A stretch of 42,283 nucleotides of DNA from NCBI GenBank assembly GCA_016933395.1, contig JAFGBA010000106.1, forward strand, positions 1-42,283, written 5' to 3'. Positions 35,885 to 42,283 of the stretch are shown in pieces (position 1 is the first letter of the stretch; the number at the start of each line of letters is the position of its first letter). Source of the stretch: Sedimentisphaerales bacterium. GTDB taxonomy: Bacteria > Planctomycetota > Phycisphaerae > Sedimentisphaerales > SM23-30. Made by a program: the position numbers and the translations under genes. The notes under the pieces are model-generated. The model was given only the letters and a program-made list of their open reading frames with translations, ran no database searches and was not told the origin of the DNA.

Positions 35885-36684
35885 CACGCAATCAACTTGA
35901 TCAATTACATGCTTTTTTCCACGCCTTTACAGCGCGGCACTTCAATAATGATGCGTTTGTCAACGCCAACCTACAGCGGAAAGTCGCCCATTCCTGGCGC
36001 GTCGCCGGGGAAACACGCTGGTTGGTGAACCGGCTGAGATTGGACGAAGAACAGGCAAATCTGGCCCGCGGCATCGCCATTTTGCACGATACAGGGCGGT
36101 TTCCCCAGTTCGTACGGTACAAGACCTATGCCGATATTCGCAGCATTAATCACGGTGTATTGGGCGCCGAAATTCTCGAAGCGGAAGACGTGCTGAATGC
36201 CATAACCGCGCGAGAACGGGAAATTATCCTCACGGCCGTTCGCCATCATGGCGACCGATTGCTTCCTGAAACCCTGGATAAGGATAAGCGTTTTTTCACC
36301 ATGCTGGTGCGCGACGCCGACAAATTGGACATCTATCGCGTGGTGATTGAAGCAGCGCGCATGTATCAACAGGACCCGGCCGCTTTCCCCTATGAGGTGG
36401 AGTTTCCCAATACGCCAGGTTATTCCCCGGCGGTATTTTCGGCGCTGGAAACACGGGGGAAAATCGACTACCGCGTTCTTCGGAATCTCAACGACAGTAC
36501 GTTGCTGCAAATCGCCTGGGTGTTTGACATGAACTTCGCCCCCACGTTCCGCCGGGTGCAACATTACGGGTTCATCGAGGAATTGTTCAGCTATCTCCCC
36601 GACGATGATAATATTCGCCGCGCCCGCCGACAGGTTCTTGATTATATCACATACGCCGGCGCCAAAAGGCCGGAGATATCATAG
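35881..36684 (+). CDS. HD-domain phosphohydrolase
   Basis: It has His (VAHSW), HD (AILHDTGR) and a distal Asp (VRDADKLD). Its ATG overlaps the rpe stop as ATGA. Confidence 0.8.
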   Translation: MTRNQLDQLHAFFHAFTARHFNNDAFVNANLQRKVAHSWRVAGETRWLVNRLRLDEEQANLARGIAILHDTGRFPQFVRYKTYADIRSINHGVLGAEILEAEDVLNAITAREREIILTAVRHHGDRLLPETLDKDKRFFTMLVRDADKLDIYRVVIEAARMYQQDPAAFPYEVEFPNTPGYSPAVFSALETRGKIDYRVLRNLNDSTLLQIAWVFDMNFAPTFRRVQHYGFIEELFSYLPDDDNIRRARRQVLDYITYAGAKRPEIS

Positions 36685-36783
36685 ACCTTGGCAAAAAGCA
36701 ATTCCGGCCGATTCTCAAAAAACCTTACGGTTTATATCACAATACGTTTCTAAAAGTAACCTGTTGACAAACAAATTGTTACA

Positions 36784-37179
36784 TTAGTACCAGACATTAA
36801 TAATTAAATGCGGCTCCTGGCGTTTGCCTTCGACGACGCCGATGGTGGTGGTGGCGAATTTGACTTCATATTCAGGGTGTTGATCGAGCCACTCGTTGAT
36901 CTGCTGATCGAGGAAAGCCATCGCTCCATCGTTGAGTTTGGCGTGGAAGGTGCGGGTGCGAGTGGCGCCTCGGCCGGTGAGCTGTGTCTGGCGATGAAGT
37001 TTTTCATCAGGCTCACGCTGGGCGGTTGTCCCGAAGGCCTGAATACGAGGTGAGGGTGCGGGGTTAACCGGTCCGGTGGCATCGAAAAAATCATCCGATT
37101 TTGGTTTTGACGTCGGGGAGGAAGCGGCATTGCCATCATCGAACGGAATCGGAGGCGGGGTGTCATAATCCTGGGCCAT
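36784..37179 (-). CDS. Hypothetical protein with a Pro/Ser-rich N-terminal half and a compact C-terminal domain
   Basis: 131 aa. The C-terminal part reads TFHAKLNDGAMAFLDQQINEWLDQHPEYEVKFATTTIGVVEGKRQEPHLIINVWY. I recognise no family. GGAGCAGCG precedes the ATG on the minus strand. Confidence 0.55.
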   Translation of the reverse strand: MAQDYDTPPPIPFDDGNAASSPTSKPKSDDFFDATGPVNPAPSPRIQAFGTTAQREPDEKLHRQTQLTGRGATRTRTFHAKLNDGAMAFLDQQINEWLDQHPEYEVKFATTTIGVVEGKRQEPHLIINVWY

Positions 37180-37408
37180 AACGCTGCTCCTTATCTATAT
37201 TGGCCAACCTGCCTGAAACCGCATCAGGAATGGTTAACAAAAGTTTCCACTATTTTGCCGTATCAAAGTCGGCCAAATTCACTATATCCCCCCGTTCAAT
37301 GTCGGTCAAGGCGTAAACCGGGACAGCTCGAAATCAACGGTAAAACAATACTTGCGAAAACACAACAAAAGCGATATATAAGGCGTGGTTTTTGGGAGTA
37401 TAAATGTT

Positions 37409-38572
37409 ATGTTGATCATTGCTGATGAAAATATACCCTACGTGAAGGAGGTTTTTGGCGAGTTGGGGACGGTATGCTGCGTCGCCGGCCGGAAATTAAC
37501 GCGCGCCCAACTGGATAAAGCGGACGTGCTGCTGGTGCGTTCCGTAACAAAAGTAAATGCGGATTTGCTTGCGGGAACGCCTGTAAGGTTTGTGGGTACG
37601 GCAACCATCGGTACGGACCATATCGACCAAAACTATTTGTGTCAGCAAGGCATTGCCTTCTGTAGCGCTGCCGGCTCCAATGCCAACTCGGTAGCGGAGT
37701 ACGTAATAACGGCTCTCTTGGCATTAGCGCGGCAATATCATTGGCGTTTGACAGGTAAATCATTGGGGATCATCGGTGTGGGCAATATTGGTTCAATTGT
37801 GGAGCGTTATGCTCAAACACTGGGAATGGACGTGTGGCCGTGTGATCCGCCGGTGGAAGAGCAAACCGGTAACGACAGATTTGTATCGCATGTTGAGGCA
37901 CTGGAAGCGGACTTCGTAACGCTACATGTGCCGCTGACAAAAACAGAAAAATGGGCTACATATCATTTGTTAGACGAAAAAGTTTTTGCCGGATTGCGTC
38001 CGGAAACTGTTATTATCAACACCTCGCGCGGCGCGGTGGTGGATAATCAGGCGCTCAAGATGTGGCTGGCGAATAAAGGCATGGGACCGGTGGTTCTGGA
38101 CGTATGGGAGAATGAACCTGAAATAGACGTTCAACTACTGGAACAAACCGCTTTGGTTACGCCGCATATCGCAGGTTATTCGCTGGATGGTAAGATCAAT
38201 GGTACGATGTGTTTATATCGGGCGCTGTGCCGGTTTATGAACATCGAAACCAATGAAAGTGTAATTCCCCATCCCCCGGTCGCCCAATCGACGTGGGTGA
38301 TGAAAACGGATGGCATGGATGAGCAGAACATTTTGACGCAGGCGATGTTGCGCATCTATGACATCAGTCGAGACGACGAAAACCTGCGCAAAATTAAAGA
38401 GATGCCGACAGTTGAACGCGGTCCCTTCTTCGATCAGTTGCGCAAATCATATCCTGTACGGCGAGAGGCGGCCAATTACCAAGTAACGCTGTCCCCTTTT
38501 GAACCCAAGGCCGCCAACTATCTTTCAGCACTGGGCTTTAAGGTGACACCCGTCAAAACAAACTCAAAGTAA
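37409..38572 (+). CDS. pdxB: 4-phosphoerythronate dehydrogenase
   Basis: The N-terminus MLIIADENIPYVKEVFGELG resembles the PdxB N-terminus. The NAD motif is LGIIGVGNIGS and a PdxB-type C-terminal dimerisation extension is present. I prefer the ATG at 37409 over the GTG at 37385. Confidence 0.85.
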   Translation: MLIIADENIPYVKEVFGELGTVCCVAGRKLTRAQLDKADVLLVRSVTKVNADLLAGTPVRFVGTATIGTDHIDQNYLCQQGIAFCSAAGSNANSVAEYVITALLALARQYHWRLTGKSLGIIGVGNIGSIVERYAQTLGMDVWPCDPPVEEQTGNDRFVSHVEALEADFVTLHVPLTKTEKWATYHLLDEKVFAGLRPETVIINTSRGAVVDNQALKMWLANKGMGPVVLDVWENEPEIDVQLLEQTALVTPHIAGYSLDGKINGTMCLYRALCRFMNIETNESVIPHPPVAQSTWVMKTDGMDEQNILTQAMLRIYDISRDDENLRKIKEMPTVERGPFFDQLRKSYPVRREAANYQVTLSPFEPKAANYLSALGFKVTPVKTNSK

Positions 38573-38589
38573 AGTGTGTGGAATACGCT

Positions 38590-39882
38590 TTACCGTCGGT
38601 CATTCCGAGGGGAACGAAGAAACGGCATTGTTTGAGGACCTTGGGGCAAAATCATCAAACGAGCAGCGGGATTTTCGGATAGCAATTTGTTTAGTAAAAG
38701 CTCAATATCCGGACACGGAAGGAAAAAAGCTTGTTGAATCTGCCGATTTGACAGGCTTTTGCAGTAAAGATACACAGTTGCCCTGGTGCAGATTCCGGCG
38801 TGGATTTGTGCCTGCCACCCATCGTGAAGTGTTTGGCCGTGACCGAAAATTTTATCAAGCAGCCGTTCAGGGCTGTCCTCATCGGCCAAAAGATGTTCAT
38901 ACGGACTGCCGTCGGGGACGCCGTCGCAACATTCCGCCGCCATGATGATTGTCCCGCCGGGCTTGAGAATCTCGTCGGCGGCGGACAGGCCTTTGACGGC
39001 CTGGTACAGATTGCGGTCGAGGGGAAAGCCGGAATTTGTGGTCAAGACGATATCGGCGGGTTCATCGACGGCGATCATGGCATGGTGTTTGACAAAACGG
39101 CAACCTTCCCGATGGGCGGCCAATATGTCACCGGCAAAAACCCCGATAATATGATTTTCGCGATTGAGAGCGACATTGAGCAGAAAACCCGGTCCGGCCA
39201 AACTCGCCGCCTGACTCAGTTCCTCCCAGAGGGGATTGCCTTCAGTGGCGCCCCAGCGGGCTTGTGGATGGGCGATATGTTCCGGCCTGTGGTTATGGCA
39301 AATGGTGCGGGCGTGGGCCATACCCGGAATCAGGGCCTTGGGGCCGCCGGAAAATCCTGCGAAAAAATGCGGCTCGATAAATCCCGTCAAAATGCGCCAA
39401 TCGCAGGCGACGACATCCTTATGCAAATAAACGGTATTACCGGAATTGGTCGCGCCGACAGGCGTATGTTGATCATCGGCAAAAGCATCATTTTGTACGA
39501 TCCGGAAACGGCCGATGACGCCATCACCCAGCATGGCGGCAAGTTCCTCGTCGGTATTGGCGCGATGCGTACCGGCGGCGATGAAGATGGTGATGTGTTG
39601 CGTCCCGGCGGCCGAAAGTTCAGCCAACAACACAGGCAAAATAACCGGATACGGCGTGGCTCGGGTGTAATCATTGCAGATAATACCGACGCGATCCGAC
39701 GGTTTGATGAGGTCTTTTAACGCCGGCGAACCGATAGGTTGCCGCAGAGCATGACGAACGGCCGCGGCCTCATCGGCGACACCGGGCTGAAATACAGGTT
39801 CAAGCACCTGTACATTATCGTGATCCGGCAGCGTTACCGATAACCCCGTCCGGCCATAGGCAAGTGTGATGTTCATCGTCAT
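38590..39882 (-). CDS. LarA-like nickel-pincer-dependent racemase/epimerase (DUF2088 family)
   Basis: 430 aa with AAGTHR and EPHFFAGFSGGPKALIPG segments. From memory these correspond to the catalytic His and cofactor-tethering Lys regions of lactate racemase LarA. The substrate is unknown. Confidence 0.8.
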   Translation of the reverse strand: MTMNITLAYGRTGLSVTLPDHDNVQVLEPVFQPGVADEAAAVRHALRQPIGSPALKDLIKPSDRVGIICNDYTRATPYPVILPVLLAELSAAGTQHITIFIAAGTHRANTDEELAAMLGDGVIGRFRIVQNDAFADDQHTPVGATNSGNTVYLHKDVVACDWRILTGFIEPHFFAGFSGGPKALIPGMAHARTICHNHRPEHIAHPQARWGATEGNPLWEELSQAASLAGPGFLLNVALNRENHIIGVFAGDILAAHREGCRFVKHHAMIAVDEPADIVLTTNSGFPLDRNLYQAVKGLSAADEILKPGGTIIMAAECCDGVPDGSPYEHLLADEDSPERLLDKIFGHGQTLHDGWQAQIHAGICTRATVYLYCKSLSNRQIQQAFFLPCPDIELLLNKLLSENPAARLMILPQGPQTMPFLRSPRNDRR

Positions 39883-39890
39883 GTTGCTTT

Positions 39891-41180
39891 TCAGGGGGCG
39901 GGGACGTTTTTAATGAGCGACAGATCGCCTTCGCGAGCTGCCGCCAGCACCGGCCCCATATAGTCATCGACCATCTCGGCGGTCAGCGGTACGGGCATAT
40001 TTTGCAGCTTCGATTGCAACTGTGGGTTTTTCGCCGCGGCCAAGGCGCGGGTTACGTGCTCATCGCGAAATTCGGGTATTTGCTTGAGACAGGTGGGCAG
40101 ACCCAATGAAGTGCAAAAATCAATCATGGTTTGCGCCACGGCGAGGCCCAGGTCTCGTCCGCCAAGCTTGTCAAAATCTGTATCGGTGACTCCCGCCGCT
40201 TTAAAGATGTTGCCCACGGTGCGTAAGGGATCGGTGATGGCCGGGGCGAAAAGCACGGTGTAATACGGATTCATCAATCCGCACGCCCGGCCGTGAGGTA
40301 AAATATCCACCAGCGAAAAACTCGTCAGATGCGCCCCGTTGGTGCCGCCGATCATAATCGCGTAACCGCCGAGGTCCGTCCCCAGGCCCAGCGCTTCGCG
40401 GGCTTCAGGGTTATTAGGATGCTCCATCGCCTGGGGCAGGTAATTGACGATTAACGTGACGCCGATGGCGGCGACTTGCTTGATAAGAGGATATGTTTCC
40501 TTGCCCACACCGCCATAAAGCACTTCGAGATTATGGCTGACGCCGTCCAGGCCGCCGTCGGCGGTAAGCTCGCGCGATGCGCCGAAGGTCGCTTCATAAT
40601 CAAACATCGGGGCCGTGGGAATAACAGCGTCATCAACGATGAGTTTTTTTTGGCCGGTCTGAATATTGGTGATGTTGGAATACTTGGTCAGATGTGCGGC
40701 CGAACCGGAGGCCGTCTGGATGGCGACGTGGGGGTGCAGTTTCGCTAAAGCGTTTTGCAGAGCCTTGGCAACCAGCCCCACGCCGAAATAATCTTCTATA
40801 TCACCGCCCAGAACGTGCAGCACGTCGGCTGCTTTGGCGGCGTCAATGTTGCTGCCGCCGCCAAAGGTGATTAACACATCCGGCTGATGGCGGTTAAGTT
40901 CGTCGGTCAGGCGGGCGAGGTCTTCCAACGGGGAATTAGGGGCAACGCCTTTAATCTCCGCAACCAAAGCGACATTATGCTCCACCAGCGATTCACGGAT
41001 TTGCTCCACAAAACGGTCGCTGCCGGCGAAACCGCTGCGAATCAAAACCGCTCGCTTACCGGCCTGGGCGGCGACGACGCCAATTTGATTAATAATCCCC
41101 AAGCCGAAAATGTAATGGTTTTTTTTAAATTTTTTAAGTAGTTCCCGCGCCTGGGTAAATTCAATCATGGTATCGGGCAT
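39891..41180 (-). CDS. Iron-containing (group III) alcohol dehydrogenase family protein
   Basis: It carries the Fe-ADH signature FGGGSNIDAAKA. 429 aa. The gap to the larA-like gene is 8 nt. Confidence 0.9.
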   Translation of the reverse strand: MPDTMIEFTQARELLKKFKKNHYIFGLGIINQIGVVAAQAGKRAVLIRSGFAGSDRFVEQIRESLVEHNVALVAEIKGVAPNSPLEDLARLTDELNRHQPDVLITFGGGSNIDAAKAADVLHVLGGDIEDYFGVGLVAKALQNALAKLHPHVAIQTASGSAAHLTKYSNITNIQTGQKKLIVDDAVIPTAPMFDYEATFGASRELTADGGLDGVSHNLEVLYGGVGKETYPLIKQVAAIGVTLIVNYLPQAMEHPNNPEAREALGLGTDLGGYAIMIGGTNGAHLTSFSLVDILPHGRACGLMNPYYTVLFAPAITDPLRTVGNIFKAAGVTDTDFDKLGGRDLGLAVAQTMIDFCTSLGLPTCLKQIPEFRDEHVTRALAAAKNPQLQSKLQNMPVPLTAEMVDDYMGPVLAAAREGDLSLIKNVPAP

Positions 41181-41221
41181 GATAACTCTCCTGGATTCGT
41201 CATGATTTTATCAAAATAACC

Positions 41222-42061
41222 TTACGCTGTCTGATTGTATTTGTCAATCATAGGGCGTAAAAAACCTGCGGCCTGGGCCGCGGCGGCGTTGGGATCGGGT
41301 ATGGGCAGAATCTCCGCCGAGACCCAGCCATGATAACGCGCCTCGCGAAGGTTACGGAAAATGTCCTCGAAATCGGTATGCCCCCAGCCCGGCGCACGGC
41401 GGTTGGAATCGGCCAGGTGGATATAGGCGATATCGCTTATGCAGCGTTTAAGCTCGCTACCGATGGCGGCGTCCTCGATGTTCATGTGAAACACATCGGG
41501 CATAAGTTTCATGTTGGGACGGTCCACCTGGGCCATTAATTCAGCGCCTTCGGCGACGCTGTTGATAAAGTCAATTTCGTAACGGTTGACCGGCTCAAGG
41601 ATGAGGGTAACGTTTTTTCCGATCGCGTAGTCGCACAACTCGCGGGCCATGTCGATGAACCGTTGACGAGCGCCGGCGGGGTCAGCGTCAAGGCGGCCGC
41701 GCACCCGGCCGATATTGACCATGCCGCCGAAACGTTCGGCCAAATTAATCATCGCGATAAACACACTACGCAACTCCTCGCGCCGCGTTGTATCTGCATC
41801 CGTAAACATCAAACCTCGCTGCGCGAACACCTGCCCTGTGGAAATACACGACACTTCCAGCCCCGCTTGTTCGAGCTGCCGGGCCAGAACGTCCGACTCA
41901 ACCTCTTCGGCGGATTTAAGCGCCAGTTCCACGCCGTCATAACCCAATTCCGCTGCTCGCTGAATCGATATCTCAAAACCGCGAAATACCACAAATGCAC
42001 TGGGCAAAGCGTTTTCCCCGGCAATGGCGACGGCGAGTTTTAAGGACTTGCTTTTGTTCAT
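41222..42061 (-). CDS. Sugar phosphate isomerase/epimerase (xylose isomerase-like TIM barrel)
   Basis: 279 aa with GYDGVEL, a middle LILEPVNRYE and IHLADSNRRAPGWGHTDF, which are typical of the family. Confidence 0.85.
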   Translation of the reverse strand: MNKSKSLKLAVAIAGENALPSAFVVFRGFEISIQRAAELGYDGVELALKSAEEVESDVLARQLEQAGLEVSCISTGQVFAQRGLMFTDADTTRREELRSVFIAMINLAERFGGMVNIGRVRGRLDADPAGARQRFIDMARELCDYAIGKNVTLILEPVNRYEIDFINSVAEGAELMAQVDRPNMKLMPDVFHMNIEDAAIGSELKRCISDIAYIHLADSNRRAPGWGHTDFEDIFRNLREARYHGWVSAEILPIPDPNAAAAQAAGFLRPMIDKYNQTA

Positions 42062-42283
42062 GATAACAGCGCCTTGGCCTTGGCTACGATATTATTGGCG
42101 CTCAGACCGTATTTTTCCAGTAGCGGCTCGTAAGGTCCGGATTCGGCGAAGGTGTCGTTGATGCCGATCATTGCCGTTGGCACGGGATGACGCACACTCA
42201 ACGCCTCACACAGGGCCGAACCCATGCCGCCGTAGATATTGTGTTCTTCCACGGTCAATAGCTTTCCGGTTTTAGCAACCGAC
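42058..42283 (-). CDS. Transketolase-family protein, C-terminal subunit (partial, 5' end outside the window)
   Basis: The frame is open to the window edge. The tail VEEHNIYGGMGSALCEAL...IGINDTFAESGPYEPLLEKYGL matches the C-terminal domain of split transketolases. Its stop overlaps the downstream ATG as ATGA. Confidence 0.8.
   Translation of the reverse strand, partial: SVAKTGKLLTVEEHNIYGGMGSALCEALSVRHPVPTAMIGINDTFAESGPYEPLLEKYGLSANNIVAKAKALLS

Overview
This is a high-GC bacterial chromosomal segment. Sampled 60-nt lines of housekeeping genes count 41-42 G+C out of 60. It carries about 40 protein genes and one tRNA-Leu(CAA). A PEP-CTERM protein, an SHD1-domain beta-propeller protein and many GC-rich intergenic hairpin repeats suggest a Planctomycetota-like organism, but that call is inference only.

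The backbone is housekeeping:
- ispF, cysS, ruvC, recG, a trkH/trkA-type K+ uptake pair, a standalone TrpB2-type enzyme, asd and ruvA.
- rsfS, an MFS transporter, gap, pgk, rpe, an HD hydrolase and pdxB.
- A minus-strand sugar-type operon at the 3' end: split transketolase (partial), TIM-barrel isomerase, Fe-ADH and a LarA-like Ni racemase/epimerase.

Small low-GC islets (sampled lines 17-24 G+C out of 60) are inserted into this backbone:
- A Dam-family methylase plus wHTH-HNH endonuclease pair, a probable Type II R-M system (9.7-11.6 kb).
- A repeat-laden region holding a DUF1376 phage-type gene and an XRE plus membrane-protein module (18.2-20.1 kb).
- An orphan cytoplasmic trypsin-like protease (21.3-22.2 kb).
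- A SAM-methyltransferase, GT4 and FapA/DUF342 group, followed by a DUF4143 AAA ATPase and an XRE-ACP two-gene unit (24.4-29.9 kb).
- A NYN/LabA-like gene wedged between the pgk terminator and rpe (34.4-35.2 kb).

I saw no rRNA, CRISPR array, transposase, integrase or reverse transcriptase. No cluster here can be shown from sequence alone to be a new multi-gene system. The best candidates for follow-up are:
- the XRE-ACP unit with the neighbouring ATPase;
- the R-M islet;
- the orphan protease;
- the promoter/terminator-bracketed non-coding unit next to tRNA-Leu;
- the twin CU-rich repeats in a 3' UTR;
- the LarA-containing operon.

All homology calls come from motif recognition by eye, not from searches.
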